Shown here piece by piece: positions 1-9,087 of a DNA stretch of 28,885 nucleotides. The stretch comes from a virus. Taxonomy: Duplodnaviria; Caudoviricetes. The position numbers and the translations under genes are program-made. A model generated the notes under the pieces. That model did no database searches and was not told the origin of the DNA. It worked only from the letters and a program-made list of their open reading frames with translations. The first letter of the stretch is position 1. Each line of letters begins with the position of its first letter. The stretch lies in IMG/VR virus record IMGVR_UViG_3300031603_000020, positions 1 through 28,885 of that record. One strand, 5' to 3'.

Positions 1-1401
1 AAAGAGTTCAGTTTAAAAGAGGGTAAGTTACAGTACTACAAGAAGAAAGTGAATACAATTGTATACAAAGACGGTTCCCCGGTTATCTATAAGTCTGGTA
101 AGAATATAGGCCAGGAGAAAACTAAGATCGTAACTGAAGATGACCTAGATCGTGGGCCGAAGATGCGTAATTGTAATATGTACCACGAGCTACCGGGTAT
201 GTGCAACCCGGAAGATAACTGGAAGTCATCTGTAGAGGGTTACTGGAGTACTGCTGAGGATGTCCTGGTTCAGTTAGATGAAGAACAGGGTGTTCCTTTG
301 GTTCAGACTCTATTGAAACTCAAGGGTATGCTCAAGGACCTCGGGACGTACTACAAGCGGTTCTCTAAGGGTAAATGGACGGGTATGCTAACGAATATCC
401 AAGCTGATGGTTGTGTCCACGGTCAACTGAATCATGCAATTACAGTTACTGCTAGACTCAGTAGTAGCAAGCCAAATTTACAAAATATACCGAAGAAGGG
501 TAAATCTAAGATCAAGAAGACTTTCACCTCCAGGTTCCCAGACGGTGTAGTAGCTGAGATAGATTACAGTCAGCTAGAAGTTGTATGCAAAGGAGTACTC
601 TCGAAAGACGAGGCGTTACTCCAGGCTCTAGTCGATAAGGTCTGTTTCCATTGCGAGTGGGCTGCGTTCGTAACCGGGGAACCTTATGAGTTCGTTTATC
701 AGAAAGCTAAGGTAGAAGGAGATCAGAAGTGGATTGATACCCGTCAAGGGGTTAAGAGTATAACCTTCGGGGAAGCCTACGGGGCAGGAATTCAGAAACT
801 CTCTGAAAGCTCAGGTGTACCTGCGGATAAGATCGAGAAAGCTATAGAAGCGAGGAAGATTAAGTACCATAAGATGTACGAATTCGATGAAAATGTCGCA
901 GAGGAAGTCCGAGGAACAAGACAGGTTACAACTCTGCGTACAGATGGGGGTTACCAGAAGGCCGTTGGGTTCTACCGGAGCTGCACAGGGACGTTGTATT
1001 CTTTCGTAGAAACTGAGGCACAATCCTGGAGTAAATCTCGGGGTATCATGACGAGCTTCTCACCTACTCAGATGAAGAACTACCCATCTCAGGGATTAGG
1101 TGGGGAGATCATGCAGGTACAATCAGGTAGAGTCTGGAGGTACATCATACAGAACGAGCTAGAACATGATTGTTTACTAATTAATACTGTGCATGATAGC
1201 GTTTACTTAGACTTCAGAACCGAGGAGTTAGCCCAGGAGCACCTCCCGGTTATCTCGTGGGTACTCGAGGATGTCTGTAGTTATTTTAATGAAAAATATC
1301 CAGAGGTAGATTGGAACACCCCGTTCCCAGTAGATACAGAGTACGGGGATAATATTATGGGAACTAATACAAAAGTAAAAGAGAGGGTTCATGCTAATTA
1401 G
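1..1401 (+). CDS. Phage DNA polymerase, family A (C-terminal part; 5' end lies outside the window)
   Basis: The frame is open from base 1 (KEFSLKEG...). Motifs: TVTARLSSSKPNLQNIP, motif A AEIDYSQLE, motif B RQGVKSITFGEAYGAG, KNYPSQG, motif C NTVHDSVYLD. Confidence 0.95.
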   Translation, partial: KEFSLKEGKLQYYKKKVNTIVYKDGSPVIYKSGKNIGQEKTKIVTEDDLDRGPKMRNCNMYHELPGMCNPEDNWKSSVEGYWSTAEDVLVQLDEEQGVPLVQTLLKLKGMLKDLGTYYKRFSKGKWTGMLTNIQADGCVHGQLNHAITVTARLSSSKPNLQNIPKKGKSKIKKTFTSRFPDGVVAEIDYSQLEVVCKGVLSKDEALLQALVDKVCFHCEWAAFVTGEPYEFVYQKAKVEGDQKWIDTRQGVKSITFGEAYGAGIQKLSESSGVPADKIEKAIEARKIKYHKMYEFDENVAEEVRGTRQVTTLRTDGGYQKAVGFYRSCTGTLYSFVETEAQSWSKSRGIMTSFSPTQMKNYPSQGLGGEIMQVQSGRVWRYIIQNELEHDCLLINTVHDSVYLDFRTEELAQEHLPVISWVLEDVCSYFNEKYPEVDWNTPFPVDTEYGDNIMGTNTKVKERVHAN

Positions 1402-1588
1402 AACAGAAGTAGTTAAAGATGTACAATTCACTATTGAGAATCATGATGACTGTATTGATATCAAGTGCGGAGACTGGTACGTATTCAAAATTAATAAAGA
1501 GGGTACATTCGTGCGACAAGGTTATATACCAGCTAGTACAGGTCTTTGTTTAAATATCGATGGTACAATTAAAGAAACTTTAACATAG
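1391..1588 (+). CDS. Small hypothetical protein (65 aa), paralog of the next ORF
   Basis: SD GAGAGGG upstream, overlaps the polymerase stop, aligns with 1603..1809. Confidence 0.75.
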   Translation: MLIRTEVVKDVQFTIENHDDCIDIKCGDWYVFKINKEGTFVRQGYIPASTGLCLNIDGTIKETLT

Positions 1589-1602
1589 TAAGGAGTAATA
1601 AT

Positions 1603-1809
1603 ATGGAATTCACTAAGGTAGTAACTGAGGAAGTAACTGAAACATTTAATCAGGATGTAAAACTTGTCATAGATGATATGGTGTCATTAAAAATAGGGGA
1701 TAAGTGGATACTCAGTATTACCCCTGATGGGTACTTTCATAAGTATTATAGCGCTCAGGTAGATGGGTTACAGACTGATAAAGACGGTAGAATTAAGGAG
1801 GACAAGTAA
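1603..1809 (+). CDS. Small hypothetical protein (68 aa), paralog of the preceding ORF
   Basis: SD AAGGAG upstream; TAATG stop/start coupling with the next gene. Confidence 0.8.
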   Translation: MEFTKVVTEEVTETFNQDVKLVIDDMVSLKIGDKWILSITPDGYFHKYYSAQVDGLQTDKDGRIKEDK

Positions 1810-2648
1810 TGATCAAGGTTAACAAAGAAGCAATCGAGAATTATGACGGTGGTGACTACACACTAGAATTGCAGTTCATCGAAGCTGGACCCCAGGTTCC
1901 TGCTCGGTTAGTATCTTACGTAGAACTCGGGAAACATGCCCCGATGTTCCAGGGTAAACGTCAGGTGTACGATTCAGGGAAAGCTGCTGGTAAAGAGAAA
2001 CCCCCTGAGTTATTGATTCATCTTGTATTCGAGTTCCCGATGGAACCGTACGATGTTAATCCGTTGTGTATCAAGACCTCTGTACCATTCGGTACAAAGG
2101 GTGAGTTCATTAATAAACTGAGTGTATCCGATGCGTTAGCCTCAGGTAAGATCTCTCTGTCTTACGCTAACCGGAGTAAGTACATGAAGTACCTGAACGC
2201 TATGAATTCTGCCTTGGGTACTAACTACGAAGGTCTTGACTCTTTCGTAGGTGAAGCGTTCCTCGTGGGAGTCACGAATAAACCAGGGACTAAAGCCAGG
2301 GAAGACGGGTCGTTACCTGTTTACGCTAATATGAAACCTGATGCTATCCAGAGTACGATCTATAAAGATCCTCGGACACGTAAAGAGGAAACTATGGAAG
2401 TACCTGAGGTCGTAGGGACTTACTGCCCTGTGTTCGATTGGGATAACCCTCAGAAAGATGCTTGGGATCTAATCCCGGAGTACCTCCAGAAGTGCATCAA
2501 GTGCGCCGTGAATTATACCGGGAGTCTTACTGAGCTGATGCTCGTAGATTACCCTGAAGGTAACACTGAAGAGGGTACAACGGATGACCCAGGTAAACCT
2601 GAGGTTAACAAGGGTGCACCTGCGGAAGCAGATGATCTCCCGGTATGA
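1809..2648 (+). CDS. Putative ssDNA-binding / replication accessory protein (279 aa)
   Basis: Lies between polymerase and exonuclease as in phiKMV/SP6-type phages; KPPELLIHLVFEF segment; acidic C-tail ending ADDLPV, resembling the SSB DDDIPF tail. Function is inferred. Confidence 0.55.
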   Translation: MIKVNKEAIENYDGGDYTLELQFIEAGPQVPARLVSYVELGKHAPMFQGKRQVYDSGKAAGKEKPPELLIHLVFEFPMEPYDVNPLCIKTSVPFGTKGEFINKLSVSDALASGKISLSYANRSKYMKYLNAMNSALGTNYEGLDSFVGEAFLVGVTNKPGTKAREDGSLPVYANMKPDAIQSTIYKDPRTRKEETMEVPEVVGTYCPVFDWDNPQKDAWDLIPEYLQKCIKCAVNYTGSLTELMLVDYPEGNTEEGTTDDPGKPEVNKGAPAEADDLPV

Positions 2649-2860
2649 AAGTACTAGTAATACCAGACGATTGTCATATAACTAGAGTACCTGAGAACGA
2701 GAACTATCCATGCAAAGGGTGCGTCTTCGAGACTATAGATGAGGATGCAGAAGGGTTCACCTTCCAGTGCGCTATGGATTATCTCTTCAGGGTTCCTTGT
2801 GTAGACACGATCTACGCTATAGTAGAACGAGACGACGAAGAGGAGGAGGAATATTTATGA
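2645..2860 (+). CDS. Small Cys-containing hypothetical protein (71 aa)
   Basis: ATGA coupling at both ends; CKGC..C..C pattern; acidic tail. Confidence 0.65.
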   Translation: MKVLVIPDDCHITRVPENENYPCKGCVFETIDEDAEGFTFQCAMDYLFRVPCVDTIYAIVERDDEEEEEYL

Positions 2861-3768
2861 CCTTTAAAGTACCAACTGTAGCAGTAGTCAAGAGAGTACC
2901 TGGAAGGGAATGCCTCATTGATGCTGATATGGTAGCTTATTATGCCTCCTTCGGTCAAGACGATTGCGCCCTCGAGGTAGCAACTCGTAGGACTGATGAG
3001 AGGATGCAACAGATGCTATATGAGAGTCAGTCCGAGAGCTATACAGCGTATCTCACTGGGTCCGATAACTACAGGAACGCAATAGCAACCCTCCAGCGAT
3101 ACAAGGGGAACCGATATGATGCAGACGGAAATAGACTTAAACCGCAGCCTGGATGGTTACCGGAGGTTAGACAACATCTCATTACTTCCTGGAAGGCTAT
3201 CATATGTAATGGCGAAGAGGCTGATGATGCACTTGGCATACACCAAGCTAAAAACATTAAGGAGGGGAAATCATCTATCATCTCCTCCGGTGACAAAGAT
3301 CTTCAAATTAACCCCGGACTGCACCACAATATGTACAACGGGTTCATCACTGAAGTAACTGAGTTCGGTCACTTAGAGATAGATACTAAGGGGAAGGTCA
3401 GAGGCTCAGGGTTAATGTTCTTCTACGCTCAGATGCTCATGGGGGACTCTGCTGATTGGATCAAGGGGTTACCTAAGGTTACTGAGAGTATGAAAGAGAT
3501 GTTCCCTGGGATACGTAGGGGTGGGGTTGGTCCTAAGACAGCGTACCAGATACTTAGCCCTCTTAAGTATGAGAAACAGCTACACGATACCGTCTGGTTC
3601 TGCTATAAGTCCTATTGGATGGAACACGAGTATAAACACTGGCGTACTAGGGAAGTATTCAAAGCAGGTCTAGAGACAGCTAGAAAGCAATTCTTAGAAC
3701 AGGGGAGATTACTATGGATGAGACGGGAGATAGGAGAAATGTGGAACCCGAAGTTCCCTCTAGAATAA
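2857..3768 (+). CDS. 5'-3' exonuclease (T7 gp6 / flap-endonuclease family)
   Basis: LIDADMVAY, YKGNR, EEADDALG, SSGDKDL, QMLMGDSADWIKGLP. Start moved to ATG 2857 because of a strong GGAGGAGG SD and ATGA overlap. Confidence 0.92.
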   Translation: MTFKVPTVAVVKRVPGRECLIDADMVAYYASFGQDDCALEVATRRTDERMQQMLYESQSESYTAYLTGSDNYRNAIATLQRYKGNRYDADGNRLKPQPGWLPEVRQHLITSWKAIICNGEEADDALGIHQAKNIKEGKSSIISSGDKDLQINPGLHHNMYNGFITEVTEFGHLEIDTKGKVRGSGLMFFYAQMLMGDSADWIKGLPKVTESMKEMFPGIRRGGVGPKTAYQILSPLKYEKQLHDTVWFCYKSYWMEHEYKHWRTREVFKAGLETARKQFLEQGRLLWMRREIGEMWNPKFPLE

Positions 3769-3813
3769 CTGATTACACCGGAGTTAAAGCCGGGGAGTAC
3801 TACAGGGAGAGCT

Positions 3814-4176
3814 ATGCAGAAGATCCTGAAAGTAGGTAAGGAGTTAGCTGATTGGAAAGACCAGCATACCCCAGAGAATTGCCCTCTCTGTGAAAGAAAA
3901 TTCAGTACTTTCACAGCGAATAACCGGGTTGTAGATCATGATCATAAAACCGGGGCCGTTCGAGGGGTACTATGTAGGAACTGCAATGGCCTCATAGGTA
4001 AAGCTGAGGGCCTCGGGGTTCGAGCAGGGAACTTCATTGAGGGTATCAAGTGGTTAAAGAACTGCGTAGCTTATTTATTAACTTGGAAAGACACTGGGGT
4101 TTATTACCCAGGTACTACTATAATCAGGGGTAGAACTGTAGCCCCTAAGAAGAAACGGAAACGGAGAAAGAAATAA
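3814..4176 (+). CDS. Endonuclease VII-like (recombination/packaging) nuclease
   Basis: CPLC...VVDHDHKTGAVRGVLCRNCNGLIG signature; basic C-tail. Confidence 0.92.
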   Translation: MQKILKVGKELADWKDQHTPENCPLCERKFSTFTANNRVVDHDHKTGAVRGVLCRNCNGLIGKAEGLGVRAGNFIEGIKWLKNCVAYLLTWKDTGVYYPGTTIIRGRTVAPKKKRKRRKK

Positions 4177-4177
4177 T

Positions 4178-4867
4178 ATGCTAGAGTTACAAGACGTAAC
4201 CACTGGTGTGATATCTGATACGCATATCCCAGGGCATCTCGACGGTGCTCTGGGGTTCCTTCAGAGAACCTTCAAGGAACACGGGGTTCAACAGATTATT
4301 CACATCGGAGATCTAATGGATCATCATTACATAAGTAGACACCCTATTGAATTAGACGCTCTGTCTCCTGCTGAGGAGTGGGAGAGATCACTCGAGGAAC
4401 TAAAGAAGTGGGTCACAGCGTTCCCTAGGATGCACCTGTGTATAGGTAATCATGACCAGATACCAACTAAGAGACTAAAAGAAGTTAATATGCCAGCAGA
4501 TGTGTACCTAAGACCCTTTAATGAACTGTACGGGTTACCTGATACATGGGTCTGGGATAGATCTTTTAAACTATTCGGGTCCGTTCTGGTTGAACACGGG
4601 TTAGGCTCTGGGGGTATGTACGGAGCTAAGAACACAGCGAATAAACTCGGTGTCTCGTACGTCCAAGGGCATACTCATAGTCACGCAGGGGTATTCGATA
4701 TCCCTAGACCTTTCAAGAACGCTGCGGCTATGAACGTTGGATGCTTAGTTGATGAATTAAAGTACTTTTCTAGATATGGCGAGGACCGCTTTAAGGTTCC
4801 TGTGAGTACAGGCTGTGGTATAATTTATAACGAGAATCATATGGAGTTCGTACCTTATGGAAATTAA
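4178..4867 (+). CDS. Calcineurin-like metallophosphoesterase
   Basis: SDTH, GDLMD, GNHD, HG and GHTH motifs in the expected order. Confidence 0.9.
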   Translation: MLELQDVTTGVISDTHIPGHLDGALGFLQRTFKEHGVQQIIHIGDLMDHHYISRHPIELDALSPAEEWERSLEELKKWVTAFPRMHLCIGNHDQIPTKRLKEVNMPADVYLRPFNELYGLPDTWVWDRSFKLFGSVLVEHGLGSGGMYGAKNTANKLGVSYVQGHTHSHAGVFDIPRPFKNAAAMNVGCLVDELKYFSRYGEDRFKVPVSTGCGIIYNENHMEFVPYGN

Positions 4868-5285
4868 AATAAAATATTTCAGAGGCGCTCAGCCCCTTGA
4901 GAAAATAGAACAGGGCGACTGGATTGATCTAAGAACAGCAGAACCCCTGAAATTACTCGGGGACCCATTCAAGTTAGTACCTCTAGGTGTAGCTATGGAG
5001 TTACCTAAGGGTTACGAGGCGCACGTAGTACCACGGAGTTCAACCTATAAGAAATACGGGTTACTCCAGTCGAATAGCTTCGGGGTAGTAGACGAGAGCT
5101 ACAAGGGAGATAACGATGAATGGTTCTTCCCTATTATAATTCATGACCCTAAGGTCACCTTCATACCTAAGGGCACTCGTCTGTGTCAATTCAGGATCAT
5201 GAAGAAACAACCTAAAATAGACTTCAAAGTCGTAGAGTCTTTAGAGAATAAAGACCGTGGTGGACTTGGGTCAACAGGAGACTAA
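4857..5285 (+). CDS. dut: Trimeric dUTPase
   Basis: [22 protein letters not shown] and RGGLGSTG motifs. Confidence 0.95.
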   Translation: MEIKIKYFRGAQPLEKIEQGDWIDLRTAEPLKLLGDPFKLVPLGVAMELPKGYEAHVVPRSSTYKKYGLLQSNSFGVVDESYKGDNDEWFFPIIIHDPKVTFIPKGTRLCQFRIMKKQPKIDFKVVESLENKDRGGLGSTGD

Positions 5286-5287
5286 CT

Positions 5288-5662
5288 ATGAAAATTAGTA
5301 AGTTATTAGGTAACGTGACAGAGTACACGAAGAATGTACCAAATGGCATATACTGTAATCAAGACAGGTGTACAGGACGATCTACTGCACAGGTTCTTAG
5401 AGTAATCTCTGAAGCTATGCAATACCCTAATAAGATGATCCATATTGTAGATAGATCTAACCCAGAATCAACTAAATACTCAGAAGGGGTCTTTACTAAG
5501 ACAGTACAAAGAACTATAGAAAAACTTGGGTTAAAATATCTGGATGTTGTCTCTGGAAGGCGTGGGTACAAAAGAAATCAACTTGTATACAATATATATG
5601 GTAACTATTCAGAACGAAGTAGAATTGTTACAGAAGGGGTAGAGGAGGAAGATGACCTTTAG
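5288..5662 (+). CDS. Hypothetical protein (124 aa) with a degenerate P-loop-like RCTGRST segment
   Basis: SD AGGAG, fits tightly between dut and nrdJ; function unknown. Confidence 0.6.
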   Translation: MKISKLLGNVTEYTKNVPNGIYCNQDRCTGRSTAQVLRVISEAMQYPNKMIHIVDRSNPESTKYSEGVFTKTVQRTIEKLGLKYLDVVSGRRGYKRNQLVYNIYGNYSERSRIVTEGVEEEDDL

Positions 5663-7253
5663 AACTGAATTCGGGAAGACTATATTCAAGAATAAATATA
5701 GTAACCCAGGTGGTGACTGTTCCTCCTGGGCAGACCTCTGTGATACCCTCGTTAAACGAGTATGCACAGGGTTAATGACTAATGGTGATATGACCCAACT
5801 CTCAGCGTACATGCGGGATATGAAATTCATACCAGCCGGGAGATACCTTTATTACGCAGGTAGACCTGCTGCTTTCTTTAATAATTGCTTCAGCTTCATC
5901 GCAGAGGACTCTCGAGAGGGTTGGGCTGATCTAGGCTATAAGCATTTCATGGCTCTAATGGTTGGTGGTGGCTGCGGTACGCACTACGGTAAAGTCCGAG
6001 GTCACGGAGAAGTGATCACTAAAACCGGAGGATTAGCCTCAGGGCCTATTCCTCTTATGGAATCTATGAACGAAATAGGTAGGAATGTTCAGCAGGGAGG
6101 TAGTCGGAGATCCGCTCTGTACGCCTCATTACCCTATTGGCATCCGGATGTACCTGAATTCCTAGTTAGTAAAGATTGGAGTGCAGAAGTCAGTAATCTG
6201 AAAGCTAAAGATTATAACTTCCCTGCACCGATGGATATGACTAATATCTCTGTCCAGTACGACTCAGAGTTCTCGTTAGAATCTCCAGCGTTCATCCAGA
6301 ACGTAGAGCAAGCATGTAAAACAGGGGAACCTGGGATGCAATTCGATCTATTCGCTAAGAAAGAAGTAGGGCGGAACGCTTGCGCTGAGTTCATAACGGA
6401 CCAGGATTCTGATCTATGCAATCTCGGGTCGCTGAATCTTAGCCGAATTAAAGATCTGAAAGAATTCAGAGATGTAACTTATCTAGCTGCTCAGTTCCTA
6501 GTCTGTGGCTCAGTTAAAGCAGAGCTACCGTACGCTAAGTGTTACACGGTACGAGATACTAGCAGGAAGATAGGCTTAGGGCTAATGGGTGTACACGAAT
6601 GGCTCTTAAAAAGGGGTTACAAGTACACCGTTCCGCAAGAGTTACATAACTGGTTAACGCATTACGAATTACAATCAGAACACGGAGCGAATATCCTCAC
6701 GGACCGCTTGGGTATCTCTGGTTGCAAGAAATACCGCTCAGTGGCCCCTGCTGGATCAATCAGTATCCTCGCTGGTACTACCTCAGGTATAGAACCGTTG
6801 TTCGCTACAGGTATCAAGAGACGCTTCCTAGAGGGTAACGAGTGGAAGCATCAGTACATCGTGGAACCCTTAGCGAAATACCTAGTATCAGAAGGATTCA
6901 ACCCGGAGGATATCGAAACGTCCTCAGATCTCAGTAAGGATATTGAAAGAAGAATTTCTTTCCAGGCTGATATCCAGGAGTACGTTGATATGGGTATCAG
7001 TAGTACCCTGAATCTACCAGCCTGGGGTACTCAGTGGAATAACGAGAGTACCCTTAGTACAACAACAGAAATAGTTAAGAAGTACGCTCCTATGCTCAGA
7101 GGATTAACGTTCTATCCTGACGGGTCCAGAGGCGGTCAACCGTTAACTTCAGTCTCTTACAAAGAGGCACTAGATAAAGAAGGGACAACTTACGCTGAAG
7201 ATCTAGAATTCTTAGAGACAGTGAGTTGCCCCTCAGGAGCTTGTGGGATATGA
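5652..7253 (+). CDS. nrdJ: Ribonucleotide reductase, class II (adenosylcobalamin-dependent)
   Basis: KFIPAGRYLYYAGR..FFNNC, GGSRRSA, GEPG, active-site NACAE, CNLGSLN, APAGSIS, C-terminal CPSGAC pair; no NrdB partner nearby. Confidence 0.88.
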   Translation: MTFRTEFGKTIFKNKYSNPGGDCSSWADLCDTLVKRVCTGLMTNGDMTQLSAYMRDMKFIPAGRYLYYAGRPAAFFNNCFSFIAEDSREGWADLGYKHFMALMVGGGCGTHYGKVRGHGEVITKTGGLASGPIPLMESMNEIGRNVQQGGSRRSALYASLPYWHPDVPEFLVSKDWSAEVSNLKAKDYNFPAPMDMTNISVQYDSEFSLESPAFIQNVEQACKTGEPGMQFDLFAKKEVGRNACAEFITDQDSDLCNLGSLNLSRIKDLKEFRDVTYLAAQFLVCGSVKAELPYAKCYTVRDTSRKIGLGLMGVHEWLLKRGYKYTVPQELHNWLTHYELQSEHGANILTDRLGISGCKKYRSVAPAGSISILAGTTSGIEPLFATGIKRRFLEGNEWKHQYIVEPLAKYLVSEGFNPEDIETSSDLSKDIERRISFQADIQEYVDMGISSTLNLPAWGTQWNNESTLSTTTEIVKKYAPMLRGLTFYPDGSRGGQPLTSVSYKEALDKEGTTYAEDLEFLETVSCPSGACGI

Positions 7254-7720
7254 ATAAAATTAGATGCGATGAATGCGAACACCAGAATACTCTTTGTGGT
7301 ACTTTTGATCACTGTTGTACGCACCCTGGAGGATATCACGATTACTTCGAGGTTAAAGTAATAAAATCTTGTTTCAATTGTAAATACCAAGATACTACTT
7401 GTTACAATACAGTTGGATATTGTGAAGAATACGACAAATGGGAACCCAAGGAATCCGAGGAAGAACCATGTATAACCCCGGTGGACCTTATAGGTATCAA
7501 GTACGGACCAGACTCAGTACGCTCTAGGAACGTTGGAGAGTCCGATTACGCTCTGCATAAGATACAACCTTGGGATATCTGGGAAGAATACGAATTGAAC
7601 CCTTGGGACGCTGATATCGTTAAGAGGGTGCTCAGGAATAAAACCGGAGAATCTAGGGTCCAGGAGTACAATAAAATTATACATATTTGCGAAGAAAGAG
7701 TCAGACAATTGACCATATAA
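7250..7720 (+). CDS. T7 gp1.7-like / DUF3310-like nucleotide kinase with Cys-rich N-terminus
   Basis: ATGA coupling to the nrdJ stop; N-terminal CDEC, CC, CFNC; C-terminal VGESDY..HKIQPWD...DIVKRVLR..K...EYNKIIHI pattern. Confidence 0.65.
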   Translation: MNKIRCDECEHQNTLCGTFDHCCTHPGGYHDYFEVKVIKSCFNCKYQDTTCYNTVGYCEEYDKWEPKESEEEPCITPVDLIGIKYGPDSVRSRNVGESDYALHKIQPWDIWEEYELNPWDADIVKRVLRNKTGESRVQEYNKIIHICEERVRQLTI

Positions 7721-7723
7721 ACC

Positions 7724-7743
7724 GTGGAACAATCGTGTTCCAC
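7724..7743. promoter_or_regulatory. Hairpin directly after the last middle gene (possible processing/termination element)
   Basis: GTGGAACA-ATCG-TGTTCCAC perfect 8-bp stem; no immediate U tract. Confidence 0.4.
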
Positions 7744-7788
7744 AGTGAAAATAGGGGGTTTTTAAGTATCTGATATAACACCGGATTC

Positions 7789-7812
7789 TAATTCCCTGAC
7801 TAGTAGAGAAGA
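7789..7812 (+). promoter_or_regulatory. Candidate phage single-subunit RNAP late promoter
   Basis: TAATTCCCTGACTAGTAGAGAAGA resembles T3 AATTAACCCTCACTAAAGGGAGA (CCCT-x-ACTA core, purine-rich start) and sits at the middle/late boundary. I saw only one copy. Confidence 0.45.
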
Positions 7813-7825
7813 TTACCCCCTATTT

Positions 7826-7960
7826 ATACCTAAGTAACCTTTAGTTAATACCTGATTAATACCTATGTATTAATATAAGTATAATATAATTATATCATAA
7901 CTCTATTATACTCCTATTATAACTAAGTTAACCCTAAGGTAACCCCTTAATGAATAGGAA
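7826..7960. repeat. AT-rich tract with short direct and inverted repeats (origin-like)
   Basis: TTAATACCT x2, ATTAATAC-CTAT-GTATTAAT palindrome, CTATTATA x2. Confidence 0.4.
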
Positions 7961-7965
7961 ACAAT

Positions 7966-8184
7966 ATGCAATCTGGTCTAAGAATAGAGGAACTCGTTGA
8001 TGACTACATCAGCGCTGAAGAAAGAATGATTATCGTAGAGGACGCTATGGAGATACTACAAGACGGATATCCTCTGGATCTAGAAACTGAATTAAAACTG
8101 GAGGGAATTAACATTGATCCCATTGAGTTCACTCAGAGGTACTCCGAGCAAACGTCTAGCAGACTACGAACAGACCCTAAATGA
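7966..8184 (+). CDS. Acidic hypothetical protein (72 aa)
   Basis: SD AGGA; first ORF of the late block. Confidence 0.65.
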   Translation: MQSGLRIEELVDDYISAEERMIIVEDAMEILQDGYPLDLETELKLEGINIDPIEFTQRYSEQTSSRLRTDPK

Positions 8185-8380
8185 AGCCCCGGCTATCTCT
8201 AAGGTACTATTAGGGTACTTCGAGAAGCTATTCACAGCACCAGATATTAAACCTGGAGTACCCTATATGGCAGATCATCTTATTTATCAACAAGGGATCA
8301 ATCAGGTTCTTAGGCATATGAGGAGTTTGAATGAAAGACAAGAAGCAGGAATACGAGAGCGATATACTAAGGGAGATTAA
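8114..8380 (+). CDS. Hypothetical protein (88 aa), positional equivalent of the small pre-portal genes of T7-like phages
   Basis: TTG start with GGAGGG SD; PAISKVLLGYFEKLF..IYQQGINQVL pattern. Confidence 0.65.
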   Translation: MIPLSSLRGTPSKRLADYEQTLNEAPAISKVLLGYFEKLFTAPDIKPGVPYMADHLIYQQGINQVLRHMRSLNERQEAGIRERYTKGD

Positions 8381-8729
8381 TTTAGACCAAAGTGTAGCAC
8401 TGAGTATGTTCCCTACGTTAACACCAGGGACTTACCAAGGGTTAGCTGTAGTAGACTCTACTGGTTATACTGTAGCTTACTTAGCTATAGAGTTATCTGA
8501 AGGAGCAGCCTGTGCGTTACATCTTTATATCCCCGAAGAACATAAGAACAAAGAGAATATCATCTGGTTAAAATCAGTATTCGTAAGAGAGGTTCATCCC
8601 TGGATTAAATCTCAGGGTAAAGACTACGTTATCGTAACTTGTCCGTACGAAGATCAGAAGACTAAAGAATTATTCATAACTTTCGGGTTCGATCCGAGTT
8701 CCCTCTGGATGGGCCTAATGCAAATCTAG
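8331..8729 (+). CDS. Putative GNAT-fold acetyltransferase-like protein (start uncertain)
   Basis: LHLYIPEEHKN and KELFITFGF resemble GNAT motifs A/B; pre-portal position as in SP6-like phages. Confidence 0.5.
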   Translation: MKDKKQEYESDILREINLDQSVALSMFPTLTPGTYQGLAVVDSTGYTVAYLAIELSEGAACALHLYIPEEHKNKENIIWLKSVFVREVHPWIKSQGKDYVIVTCPYEDQKTKELFITFGFDPSSLWMGLMQI

Positions 8730-8739
8730 AGGAGGAACT

Positions 8740-9087
8740 ATGGGAGAAACCTTATTATTAATAGGATCTAGTATCCTAGGGGCAGGAGCTTCAGCAGGAG
8801 TAGCTACAGCAGTTGGTGGTCTAGTAACAGCCGGGGTATTCACTGGAGCAGCAGCTTTGACAGGAGCCTTTGATTCACCAGATATATCTACTCCAGCAGC
8901 CTTAGCTACACCGATTGATAAGACTACAGCAGAGCTACAGGATGAGCTAGACGCTCCCCTGATTGGTGATGAGAAGTCTAGGAAAAAGAAAGCCGCTGCC
9001 TCGAAGTCACAATTCAAGGTAGAGCTAGATACAGAATCAGGTATTAACATACAAGATACTCAGAAGGTAACTGGGGTACAACTATGA
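8740..9087 (+). CDS. Small virion/tail assembly protein (T7 gp7.3-like)
   Basis: Gly/Ala-rich N-terminus, KSRKKKAAASKSQFKV..SGINI C-terminus, directly before the portal; SD GGAGG. Confidence 0.6.
   Translation: MGETLLLIGSSILGAGASAGVATAVGGLVTAGVFTGAAALTGAFDSPDISTPAALATPIDKTTAELQDELDAPLIGDEKSRKKKAAASKSQFKVELDTESGINIQDTQKVTGVQL

Noticed and set aside
1-7253. Intron or intein in the DNA polymerase or RNR
   Set aside because: Both frames are continuous with compact motif spacing; I saw no intein termini or group I core elements.
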